Source: a virus
Direction: 5' to 3' (one strand)
IMG/VR virus record: IMGVR_UViG_3300013101_000007
Coordinates: 1-64,000 of that record
DNA: 64,000 nt
Position 1 is the first letter of the stretch; every line of letters starts with the position of its first letter. A program made the position numbers and the translations under genes. The notes under the pieces were generated by a model that was given only the letters and a program-made list of their open reading frames with translations, was not told the DNA's origin and ran no database searches. Shown one piece after another: positions 29,821 to 38,789 of the stretch.

Positions 29821-31254
29821 ATGTCAGAACAATTATTTAGCACCGGTTTAGGTTTTGCAATCGAAAATGAAGCTACCGGCACAGTAACATTTGAACACTT
29901 TGTAACAGGTGGACTCCCCGGAGACGCAGGTTTATCAGCTGATGAATTAGCATTATCCAATAACGCGCCTATTGGTGCAAAAGCTACAGATTCAACAAGT
30001 GGATTTGAGTACCGTAAAAAAACTGCTGGTTCGGGCACAGATAAATGGGTACGGTTAGCTGACCAAGATGACATTATCGCTTCAGGTGGTACAGAGTCAT
30101 GGAGAGAACCGGCCTTAATTAAAGATGATACTGTCTACGCGAATATTGCAGCTGCGGAAGTTGCTGTAAACACTGGTACTATTGATGGTGTTTCTCTTTC
30201 TGCAACTGACCGTATTTTATTTACAGCTATAACAGGCGAAGGTAAAAACGTATTCATTGTTACCGGAACTCCCGGAGCTGGTGCAACATTGGTGGAAGAT
30301 GCCAATGAAGAAACTAATAACGATGCAATTATTATTGATGATGGTACTTTTGCAGGTAATCAGTTTAATTACAATAGTACTTCAGTTAGCTGGATTCGTT
30401 CTAATCAAACCAGTTTAGATGAGCTTGCCTTTATCCGTACTTTCATTGGTAAAGATGCGGCTGGTTCTGAATTGCCTGGGTACACTTCTACAAACCATGT
30501 AGCTAACAATGATACTCTTGAAGTAGCAATTGGGAAACTGGATACTGCGGTAGGTAGTAATGATACTGACATTGGAAACAATGCCACTTCTATAGGCAAT
30601 ATTCAAACTGAATTAGATGACTTTGAAACCGCTATGGGTGCGGTCATTGATGCTAATGGTGATTATGTAGCCTTTTCTGGTACTAATTATCTTGATAGTA
30701 ATAGTGACTTAACAGAAGATTTAACTGATCTGGATACACAGGTTAAAGCTAACGCTGATGCTATTGGTTTAATATCGAATGATGATACAAACCAAAATGC
30801 CTTTATGGGCAAAACAAGCACCGGTGCGGAAACTCCAACCTATTCATCCTCTGAGATTGTCACTCAATCAGGAAACCTTGAATCAGCAATTGGTGAACTG
30901 GATGCTTTCTTAGATCAAACTAACCACGCTGTTTCTATTTCAGGTATTACTACTTTACAGGTTATTGACTCAATTCTGGTTGATGATGTTAAAGCAGTAC
31001 GTTGGTTGGTACATGTTCAACAAGGTACTAAAGTAATCACTTATGAGATTGATGCTACACATGATGGCACAAGTTCAAGTGATGCTACTGCTACCGACTT
31101 CACTAAGTATGCCCGTTTGAAAATGAATGGTAATATCGTGGGTATTAAAATCAATGTAAGAATTGCTGGAGCTACTACGGCTCAAACAATGGAGCTTACT
31201 GTTGAAGCCACAAGTGGTGTTGTTGCATCTAGTTCAAGACTTTCAGTAATCTAA
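29821..31254 (+). CDS. fibre protein with repeated coiled-coil segments
   Basis: Repeats FIGK..YTSTNHV..LEVAIGKLD / FMGK..YSSSEIV..LESAIGELD. Confidence 0.65.
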   Translation: MSEQLFSTGLGFAIENEATGTVTFEHFVTGGLPGDAGLSADELALSNNAPIGAKATDSTSGFEYRKKTAGSGTDKWVRLADQDDIIASGGTESWREPALIKDDTVYANIAAAEVAVNTGTIDGVSLSATDRILFTAITGEGKNVFIVTGTPGAGATLVEDANEETNNDAIIIDDGTFAGNQFNYNSTSVSWIRSNQTSLDELAFIRTFIGKDAAGSELPGYTSTNHVANNDTLEVAIGKLDTAVGSNDTDIGNNATSIGNIQTELDDFETAMGAVIDANGDYVAFSGTNYLDSNSDLTEDLTDLDTQVKANADAIGLISNDDTNQNAFMGKTSTGAETPTYSSSEIVTQSGNLESAIGELDAFLDQTNHAVSISGITTLQVIDSILVDDVKAVRWLVHVQQGTKVITYEIDATHDGTSSSDATATDFTKYARLKMNGNIVGIKINVRIAGATTAQTMELTVEATSGVVASSSRLSVI

Positions 31255-31748
31255 TGTCTGATGATGTACAATTTGCTCACGAAGTAGAATCGCTTATCGT
31301 GGGCAATGAACCTAACCTCATTGGCTTTTTTGCCGGTGGGGTTTTACCTCATATAGCGGTTCCTGATGCACCGATAAACTCAAGATATTATCGAAGCACT
31401 GGTGATTTATATGTCAATAAAAATGTATTGGGTGGCTTTGGTAGTTTAGCAGGTGACTGGGTTATTGATGATATTAATAGTATCGGAAGTAAAATAATAA
31501 CCTTTGTTCCCTTCTACAAACCTAATGGGCAACAAGACCCTATTGTTTTATTAGATGCAGAAATTCTACCTTTTATCAATCAAGGCGGTAGTCAAGATGA
31601 TATTGATTTGATAAATGGTGAAGTACCTTTCTTTAGTTCGGTTTTGGTGAGTGACCCTATATCTTTAGGAACTACCATTAATGCAACACAAGTACCCTTC
31701 TTTAATCAAGACGGTTCACAAGATAATATTCCAGTAGTTAATCCGTAA
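31254..31748 (+). CDS. structural protein with four PFxxxxGxQDxI repeats
   Basis: VPFYKPNGQQDPIVL, LPFINQGGSQDDIDL, VPFFSSVLVSDPISL, VPFFNQDGSQDNIPV. Confidence 0.6.
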   Translation: MSDDVQFAHEVESLIVGNEPNLIGFFAGGVLPHIAVPDAPINSRYYRSTGDLYVNKNVLGGFGSLAGDWVIDDINSIGSKIITFVPFYKPNGQQDPIVLLDAEILPFINQGGSQDDIDLINGEVPFFSSVLVSDPISLGTTINATQVPFFNQDGSQDNIPVVNP

Positions 31749-31762
31749 AAGGAGAAATAAAA

Positions 31763-32626
31763 ATGACAGATATAATACCGTTAAAGGTACGGAGGACGCT
31801 AGGCGATACTGACGCTTTGGCAGAATTTGAAGTGGGTGATACTACGGCTTTGGTTCACGGTGGTACAAGTGCAACCACAGCTTCGGGTGCAAGAACTAAT
31901 ATAGGGGCGGCTTCTCAAGTTGATTTAGACTTACATGAAAATGACAACACTAATGGGCACGGAGTAACTGCGGCTCAAACTGGAGCGGTGGCATTATCCG
32001 AAAAGGCTGTTGCTAACGGTGTCGCTACTCTGGATGGTGGTGGTAAAATACCAGCGGCTCAAATACCCGCTGTAAGCTTACCTGAAGTACATGTTGTAGC
32101 AGATACAACCGCACGTTTAGCATTGACTGTTCAAGAGGGTGACGAGGCCATACAGCTTGATGATGGCAGTCATTGGATATACGATGGCAGCGCGTGGCAT
32201 AATAGACCACAACCCTCAGTTATATTTGGTTCAGAATATCAAGCAGAGACACACGAAAGCTTAGAATCAACAACAAGTGCTACTCCTATTCTTTACCATA
32301 CATGGGTAACAAGTAATCTACCGGTTGGTGATTATAGATTAATCTGGATACCTATATTTAGTACTTCTCAAGGTGCTGGTAAACGAATACATATTGACTT
32401 GTATCGTAATGCTGTTTTAGAAGGTCATCCAATACACCAAAAGTCTGCTAAAGATGATGAAAGTTATTTAAGTTTAAATTCAGGCTCAATAGATAGTCAA
32501 ACTAGAATAATATTACTTAATTCTATTTCAGGTGTTCAAACTTTTACAGTAGAGTATGCTTCTCAGGCAGCAACAAAAGAAGTTAATATGATTTCAAACC
32601 AATTTGAATTATGGAGGGTGGCATGA
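31763..32626 (+). CDS. short tail fibre protein
   Basis: GGTSATTASGARTNIG, KAVANGVATLDGGGKIPAAQIP and ARLALTVQEGDEA fibre motifs. Confidence 0.75.
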   Translation: MTDIIPLKVRRTLGDTDALAEFEVGDTTALVHGGTSATTASGARTNIGAASQVDLDLHENDNTNGHGVTAAQTGAVALSEKAVANGVATLDGGGKIPAAQIPAVSLPEVHVVADTTARLALTVQEGDEAIQLDDGSHWIYDGSAWHNRPQPSVIFGSEYQAETHESLESTTSATPILYHTWVTSNLPVGDYRLIWIPIFSTSQGAGKRIHIDLYRNAVLEGHPIHQKSAKDDESYLSLNSGSIDSQTRIILLNSISGVQTFTVEYASQAATKEVNMISNQFELWRVA

Positions 32627-33246
32627 ATTATACTTATAGCGTGTTAGTGGATTTCACTTCTACTACTACACCGAGCGCGGGGGCATTAACTTCAGAGATA
32701 ATGCTTTTGGGATTAGGTGCAAGTTTATCAGGTGTATCCACAAAAGGTGATGTTGTAACCATTTCCTTTGATGGTTCGGTAACTGGTATGGATAAAACCA
32801 AACTAGACCAAGCAGTATCAGATCATACGGGCATAGTCAGTGTAAAAACAGTTATCGAAACTGTGATGATTGTACCTACAGACAGGCGCATAGATACTGA
32901 AAATGACTGGCAAGATTTAGGCGGGGTTATTGTTGCACCGGCTTCATTTCCAGTGGCTTTAGGTAATCTAAGGGCTCAAGTTACCGGTCAGTTTAAAATC
33001 AAAGCAGGTATGGATGCAGAACTATGCTTAACTGAATCTGGGGATTGGAACTCTTTACCTGATAGTGAGCTTATTGACCCTCCTCATGTTCTAACAAATA
33101 GTAATGATGGTTGGCTTCCATTTACAATTGTAAGCAATATTGATGTTCGGGATGGATACTGGGCTTATGTAGTTAAAGCAAGGGCTGGTGGATGTGATGG
33201 TTTTTATCTTAGATACCTAACATTGTCTATTGTGGAGCAAACGTAA
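32623..33246 (+). CDS. hypothetical structural protein
   Basis: ATGA overlap after GGAGG; beta-rich. Confidence 0.5.
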   Translation: MNYTYSVLVDFTSTTTPSAGALTSEIMLLGLGASLSGVSTKGDVVTISFDGSVTGMDKTKLDQAVSDHTGIVSVKTVIETVMIVPTDRRIDTENDWQDLGGVIVAPASFPVALGNLRAQVTGQFKIKAGMDAELCLTESGDWNSLPDSELIDPPHVLTNSNDGWLPFTIVSNIDVRDGYWAYVVKARAGGCDGFYLRYLTLSIVEQT

Positions 33247-33759
33247 ATGATACCGGAGGCTAAACAAAAGCACATTGTACTAATTACAGATGATAGTGTT
33301 ACGGAACGCGCTTTTATTAGCAGTTCTTTGCTTGCTAATTCTCAAGCAGAAGTAACTATTTATGAATCTGAAAATCAAGAGGAATTATTTAATACCTTAG
33401 ACCGGTTGATGTGTTCAAGAACTTTACCTTCATTAGTTATTCTGGATTTCTTATTAGGTACTACGCATGGTGTGATTGTGGCAGACCGGCTAAGAAGAAA
33501 TTATCCACCTATTCCAGTAGTAGTTCTTGGTGCTTGTTTAGGTAGTGGAGAATTAATAACCAAACTTTACCGGCTAGGGGTTAATGGCTATATTGTGAAA
33601 CCCCAAACTGAAAAAGACTACGATAAAATAATGAATCAGATAGTGGACATTTGGCTTCATCAACCTCAACCTGTTTGGAGATTTAGGGGGGATGCGTGTA
33701 CTACTGAATGTTCAGTGAATGATAGGAGGCGGTATGATAGACGGGGTGTTGGTAAATGA
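33247..33759 (+). CDS. single-domain response regulator (CheY-like receiver) with Arg-rich tail
   Basis: VLITDDS, LVILD phosphoacceptor, GVNGYIVKP; C-terminal DRRRYDRR. Confidence 0.8.
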   Translation: MIPEAKQKHIVLITDDSVTERAFISSSLLANSQAEVTIYESENQEELFNTLDRLMCSRTLPSLVILDFLLGTTHGVIVADRLRRNYPPIPVVVLGACLGSGELITKLYRLGVNGYIVKPQTEKDYDKIMNQIVDIWLHQPQPVWRFRGDACTTECSVNDRRRYDRRGVGK

Positions 33760-34207
33760 CATAGGAGCTATAAATGCTATTGTTGGAATAACGGTGGCGG
33801 CTGTACCCTTATGGTTTGCCTTGAGGAAACTTAAAAACATTTTATATGGTTTTTTTGTTCAGCCGTTAGTAGATAGATTTAATACATTTTGTCAGACTAG
33901 ACAAGATGAAAGAATTAAACAGGTTTTTGAGGAGATACAACCTATGATTGAAGCACATGTTCATTTAACGCTACAAGAGCATAGGCAATTATTGGATGAC
34001 CAGCAAATAATTCTAAAGAGTTCAATCGCTGAAAACGTGGAATTCAAAAGTTTTGTTAATGAAGGGATGATAACCTTAACTAAGTCGATAGATAAATTGG
34101 TTTTGGTGGTAACAAAGAATACTGAGGATTCAAAACGTGTCAGGGATTGTTTAGAAACTATAGATGGTAAAACTTGCCCTGCATTTAAAATTAAACAAGG
34201 TGGATAA
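33734..34207 (+). CDS. holin-like membrane protein
   Basis: AGGAGG RBS; one N-terminal TM segment followed by coiled coil; upstream of the endolysin. Confidence 0.5.
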   Translation: MIDGVLVNDIGAINAIVGITVAAVPLWFALRKLKNILYGFFVQPLVDRFNTFCQTRQDERIKQVFEEIQPMIEAHVHLTLQEHRQLLDDQQIILKSSIAENVEFKSFVNEGMITLTKSIDKLVLVVTKNTEDSKRVRDCLETIDGKTCPAFKIKQGG

Positions 34208-34209
34208 TT

Positions 34210-34632
34210 ATGCAACACAAATATGAATTGATAGCCGAAGCCGGTTTTAACGATTTAACGCCTGAACAAAAAAATAAAATTTGTAATGGTGCTGGTGCGG
34301 CTGGAGACTGGAGAAGCATTTTAATTCCTAACACGCTTTGGGGGTTGGACTGTACTCAGGTTTTTGATCTACATGATTACGCATACCACGTAGGCAGAAC
34401 TTACGAAGAAAAATGTAGGGCTGATATATCCATGTTGATTAATCTGATACGGTTCATTAATAAAAAAGGTGGCTGGTTATCTGTTGCCAGAAGATACCGA
34501 GCAGTTACTTATTACGATGCTGTATTTGAGTTAGGAGAAGATGCTTTCTTTAATGAAGAAAAAGGTAATTTGCATTTAAAGCCTACTGAAGAATACATCA
34601 TTGCAGGGGCAACGGCTGTTAAGATTAAATAG
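34210..34632 (+). CDS. phospholipase A2-like / DUF1353-like protein
   Basis: CNGAG...DLHDYAY...CRAD...YYDAV; His-Asp-x-x-Tyr core. Confidence 0.5.
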   Translation: MQHKYELIAEAGFNDLTPEQKNKICNGAGAAGDWRSILIPNTLWGLDCTQVFDLHDYAYHVGRTYEEKCRADISMLINLIRFINKKGGWLSVARRYRAVTYYDAVFELGEDAFFNEEKGNLHLKPTEEYIIAGATAVKIK

Positions 34633-34809
34633 TATTGCAATCAATTGCACGGGGGTTTTTTATGGGTGGTATCTATTGGGGCAGGTTAAAACGGGCATTA
34701 GTGGTCTGTATAGTGGTGTTAGTGTGGGCTATGCTTCTTTCTGCATAACCAACATCATAATTATGTTAATAGGGCTTAAAACGCCTTAGATTAGATTAGG
34801 GGAATTAGT

Positions 34810-35103
34810 ATGGCGGCAACCGTTTATAACAAGCCTGTAACCGGCCTTGTTAATGCAATACCAGCAATGGTTTTAATTTTAATTTTTTCGATTATTACTT
34901 TAGTGGGGTGCGAGACTATAACCACTATTTCAGAACATAGAAGGGTTTATTGTGATAGAACAACTGATAGCGTGGCTAAAGGGGTGGCAATCGAAGCCAT
35001 CCGAGAAGATCATTCCTACTACCCAGAAGAAGGAATTTGTACCGATTTTGGAGAAGCCTATTTTGACAGAGCAACTGCTGAAGCAGAAGTCCAAAATGAG
35101 TAG
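34810..35103 (+). CDS. lipoprotein (possible o-spanin/u-spanin)
   Basis: Hydrophobic signal sequence with LVGC lipobox, in the lysis region. Confidence 0.55.
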   Translation: MAATVYNKPVTGLVNAIPAMVLILIFSIITLVGCETITTISEHRRVYCDRTTDSVAKGVAIEAIREDHSYYPEEGICTDFGEAYFDRATAEAEVQNE

Positions 35104-35674
35104 CAAGTTAGTGATTCTAAGCTATGCCCATTTCCCTTCAAAACCCGGAGCGGGATTCAGGGGAGTACATGAGCATGAGGTTTCAATATCGTGGACAGAT
35201 ACCCTAGCAAACCAATTAGAACTTCGCGGGATAAATGTAGCCATAACTCCTGTAGGTGGATTGCGAAATAAAGTGGCTTTTATTAATGAGCGGGATGCTG
35301 AGTTATGTATCGAGATTCATTTTAATGGTTCAAGCAATCCTACAGTGTCAGGGGTTGAAACTCTGTATTGTCCTAAGTCGGTTAAAGGAAAATCATTAGC
35401 GGCTGGCCTACATGATTTATATGCTCCAGAAATGCACTGTAAAGATCGTGGCATTAAAGAGGGTTGGTATCGAATGGATAGGCCGTATATTGAGGACTAC
35501 CCCGGAGACATAGATGGGGATGAAAAGGAGGATTATTTTTTGAAATATACTAATTGTCCTGCGGTTATTCTGGAACCTGAGTTTATGGCTCAAATAGATA
35601 ACATTCTGAAATATGAAAAGGAAGCTTGCATTGCTTTAGCTGAAGGAGTACATTCTTATTTGGAGGTATTATGA
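35096..35674 (+). CDS. endolysin, N-acetylmuramoyl-L-alanine amidase (Amidase_3)
   Basis: AH..E, IEIHFNG, GVETLY, PAVILEPEFM. Confidence 0.9.
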   Translation: MSSKLVILSYAHFPSKPGAGFRGVHEHEVSISWTDTLANQLELRGINVAITPVGGLRNKVAFINERDAELCIEIHFNGSSNPTVSGVETLYCPKSVKGKSLAAGLHDLYAPEMHCKDRGIKEGWYRMDRPYIEDYPGDIDGDEKEDYFLKYTNCPAVILEPEFMAQIDNILKYEKEACIALAEGVHSYLEVL

Positions 35675-36051
35675 CCATAAGCAAAACAACTTTGACTGTC
35701 GTTTCTGCGCTGTTCAGCTCATGGTTTTTTATGGATGCTTATTTTGCTCATGCCCAAGACCTTAGACAAGTCAAAAAAGATACACAAATAAAAGATTGGT
35801 CTATAGAGCAGAGCCTTAATTACATGCAACGTACTCATATTAGAAATGATCTGAGAAAAGAGTTAAAAAAACCAGTAATTAAGCGGGATGAAGTACTTGT
35901 ACATGACCTTAAAGAGTCTAATCGGGTACTAAAAACCAGAAGTGTTCATTTACAGAATATGCAAGATCAAGCTACATTGGATGCCTTGAAGCAGGATGAT
36001 AAACCAAGTAAACTAGGCAAAATGTTTGATATTCTGATAGACGATGAATGA
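35671..36051 (+). CDS. membrane-anchored coiled-coil protein (lysis-associated)
   Basis: N-terminal hydrophobic segment; last gene before the terminator. Confidence 0.5.
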   Translation: MTISKTTLTVVSALFSSWFFMDAYFAHAQDLRQVKKDTQIKDWSIEQSLNYMQRTHIRNDLRKELKKPVIKRDEVLVHDLKESNRVLKTRSVHLQNMQDQATLDALKQDDKPSKLGKMFDILIDDE

Positions 36052-36146
36052 TTAGTGCTTTACAAAACTGATGGAGTAATATAGACTGTAATTTACTTGG
36101 TACTGCTTTGCTAAGTTACTCCATTGGTTTGGGTGGGAAATTAGAG

Positions 36147-36197
36147 AACCCTTAACGTGTCGCTCTCAGTTTTTACTGTTCACGTTAGGGGTTTTTT
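36147..36197 (+). terminator. intrinsic terminator ending the late operon
   Basis: AACCCTTAACGTG...CACGTTAGGGGTT followed by a T run. Confidence 0.7.
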
Positions 36198-36217
36198 ATT
36201 GCCTAATGGAAATAAAT

Positions 36218-36245
36218 TTGACAATAGAATTTATTGATGTATAAT
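36218..36245 (+). promoter_or_regulatory. sigma70-type promoter, early-cassette family
   Basis: TTGACA-16-TATAAT with AACGGATTAAA downstream. Confidence 0.8.
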
Positions 36246-36309
36246 GTAGCGGTGTGATAATAAACGGATTAAACACTATTACAATTCATCAACCCAGTGG
36301 TGCAATCAA

Positions 36310-36963
36310 TTGCATAAATTTGAATTAATACCGGCAGATAAATCTTCCTATACAAGACGTAAACCTATATGGGGTGTAGGGATTAATGATGCAGACTACA
36401 TGACTTCTTTACAAAAGAAGGATGGGCATACTAGATTTTGTAGATATTTTTTAGTGTGGCGAAACATGATTACCAGATGCTATTCAGCTAAATCTTTAGA
36501 ACTGTACCCTAAGTATAAAGAGTGTACTGTTTGTATTGAGTGGCAAACTTTTACTACATTTAAAAAATGGATGGTTGACCAGTCGTGGCAGGGTCTTTGT
36601 TTAGATAAAGATATTATTTTACCTAATAATAAAATATACGAGCCTGATAATTGCTGTTTTGTTTCCTATGATCTGAATAATCTTATACGTGACTATACTT
36701 ACAATGGCTACCCTAGAGGTGTTACACCTACAAAGGGAAAGGTTACAAAATACGTGGTTTATTGTACCAGTCGTGGTAAGAATAAGAATTTAGGAACTTA
36801 TGATTCTGTTAAGAAAGCCAATTTAGCTTTTTGTGTACATAAATTAGATTTATTGCGTTTTTATGCCAAACAACAAACTGATGAAAGAATAAGGAGAGGC
36901 TTAATGCTTCATGCCAAATTATTAATGGAGAACACACATGCTAGAGTTAGCTTTAAAATCTGA
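36310..36963 (+). CDS. HNH-type homing endonuclease-like protein
   Basis: GVGINDAD, WRNMITRCY, EWQTFTTFKKW, LDKDII..YEPDNCCFV, AP2-like tail. Confidence 0.75.
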   Translation: MHKFELIPADKSSYTRRKPIWGVGINDADYMTSLQKKDGHTRFCRYFLVWRNMITRCYSAKSLELYPKYKECTVCIEWQTFTTFKKWMVDQSWQGLCLDKDIILPNNKIYEPDNCCFVSYDLNNLIRDYTYNGYPRGVTPTKGKVTKYVVYCTSRGKNKNLGTYDSVKKANLAFCVHKLDLLRFYAKQQTDERIRRGLMLHAKLLMENTHARVSFKI

Positions 36964-38188
36964 ACTACCTTTAATCAAAATAATAACAGATGATACTGTA
37001 AATGTAGGTGACGTATTATCATACATTGTGGATGAGTCCGTAATGCTTATAGATGAGTCCCATATCCCAAAACTATCCAAGGAGACTTTTGAACCGGAAA
37101 CCAGATACTTTTATTTACTGGATGCTAAAGAAATAAACTACCCAGATATTTATGAAAAAATGGTTAATTGTGATCGCACTCTGATAATGGTTAATCCTTT
37201 AGATACCAGTACTCTTATGTTTGATGCTGGAGTGTTGCATTTGCCTAATGGTATGCTAAAAGATTTTCTTGGTGGTCTGGTAACAAAAAAATCAGTAAAG
37301 CCGTTAGTGGCAACATTAAGCGGTTTATGCCTGAAAGATGTTGGGGAGATATGCCGGTTAGCACAAACACAGTTTAAAGAGTTGACTCCACGGGCTGTAA
37401 TGGAAACTAGACGTATTTATGTTGGTCGTATGCAAGGGGTGCAACAAGTATCAACTAAGTATGATTACTATAAACCACCGGCCTTTTTAAAGAAGTGGCT
37501 TTCAGTTGATGGAAAGATTTTTGTTGATTATACGGTTCAGGATTCATTGATACCACGAGGCTTGTTATTTGATGGGATACCGGGAGGCGGTAAAACGCTT
37601 GGCTCAAAATATCTGGCAGATGAATTAGGAATACCCCTTTACAGAATTGACCTTGGTGCGTTAATGGGTAAGTACGTGGGGGAGTCAGAAGAAAACCTAG
37701 CTCAAGCTTTATCTGTTATTGATAATTGCCAGCCTTGTGTGTTGTTATTTGATGAAATAGAAAAATCCATAACCTCACAAGATGATTCGGGTGTTAGCTC
37801 AAGGATGCTATCAGCGGTGTTGTGGTGGCTTCAGGAGCATGATTCAAGGGTACTTACTATAATGACCACGAATAACGCTGCAATCCTACCTATCGAACTG
37901 TACAGGTCTGGACGGATAGATGAAGTATTTGAATTTAAGGGTATTACTAACCATGATGCCGCTACCGAGTTAATTATTGGGGTGCTGGAAAGTTTAGGAT
38001 ACAAAGATGACCCTAAAAATAAAACACAATTAGCTTATTGTTCAATCTGGGAAAACATAGAGGAGGTGAACAAATTTAGAACCACTGAAACAGATAATGA
38101 AGAGGTTATTTATTCACCACCCGTGAGCCATGCAGACCTCACTAGCATGGTGTATAAAGCAGTAAAACAACATATTGTTAATATTTGA
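36938..38188 (+). CDS. AAA+ ATPase (Ycf46-like)
   Basis: Walker A GIPGGGKT, KYVGESE pore loop, Walker B LLFDEIEK, RSGRID arginine finger. Confidence 0.9.
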   Translation: MLELALKSELPLIKIITDDTVNVGDVLSYIVDESVMLIDESHIPKLSKETFEPETRYFYLLDAKEINYPDIYEKMVNCDRTLIMVNPLDTSTLMFDAGVLHLPNGMLKDFLGGLVTKKSVKPLVATLSGLCLKDVGEICRLAQTQFKELTPRAVMETRRIYVGRMQGVQQVSTKYDYYKPPAFLKKWLSVDGKIFVDYTVQDSLIPRGLLFDGIPGGGKTLGSKYLADELGIPLYRIDLGALMGKYVGESEENLAQALSVIDNCQPCVLLFDEIEKSITSQDDSGVSSRMLSAVLWWLQEHDSRVLTIMTTNNAAILPIELYRSGRIDEVFEFKGITNHDAATELIIGVLESLGYKDDPKNKTQLAYCSIWENIEEVNKFRTTETDNEEVIYSPPVSHADLTSMVYKAVKQHIVNI

Positions 38189-38213
38189 CAATTAAATTTA
38201 GTTAAGTTAATAT
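38185..38213 (+). promoter_or_regulatory. sigma70-type promoter
   Basis: TTGACA-17-TAATAT with AAACGGAGTAATAAA leader. Confidence 0.6.
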
Positions 38214-38246
38214 GCTATTTCAAACCAAAATAAACGGAGTAATAAA

Positions 38247-38789
38247 ATGAGTGAGTTAGAGAGAATGATAGGAACCACAGGCAATGATGATTATGCGGTT
38301 GTGGTGAAAACAGAGGACTATAAAATAGGGATGAAACCTATATTTGATTCTGCCCACAGCCAAACCTTTGTTGGTATGCGAATCAGACTTGTAGCTACTA
38401 AAGATAATGAGGATGTTGTGGACTTCGACCCTGAAGCTAAGTTGAAAAGTTTTTTTCCAAGTATACCGTGGCAACAAACTGGAGCAGACCGTTTATCATT
38501 AGTTGGCGGGTGTGTGGTCAATATACCTCAAAATAGCCCTGTTGCATTACACGGATGGCTTAGACAGGAAAAAATAATTGATAATTTGCTGGATAAACTT
38601 AAATCATTATTTGATCTGAAACTGGAAAACAAAAAGGAATTAAAAAAATTCTACATGGATGTTTTTTGTACCGCTTATAAGAAGCCCATTAAACAACCTA
38701 AAATAACTAATGGTAGTGCGGTGGTTAATTTGGGTGACTATAAGGATAAATTACAATCTGGGGACATTGAATATATAGAGGAAGAGTAA
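38247..38789 (+). CDS. hypothetical protein
   Basis: 180-aa ORF with RBS. Confidence 0.65.
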   Translation: MSELERMIGTTGNDDYAVVVKTEDYKIGMKPIFDSAHSQTFVGMRIRLVATKDNEDVVDFDPEAKLKSFFPSIPWQQTGADRLSLVGGCVVNIPQNSPVALHGWLRQEKIIDNLLDKLKSLFDLKLENKKELKKFYMDVFCTAYKKPIKQPKITNGSAVVNLGDYKDKLQSGDIEYIEEE

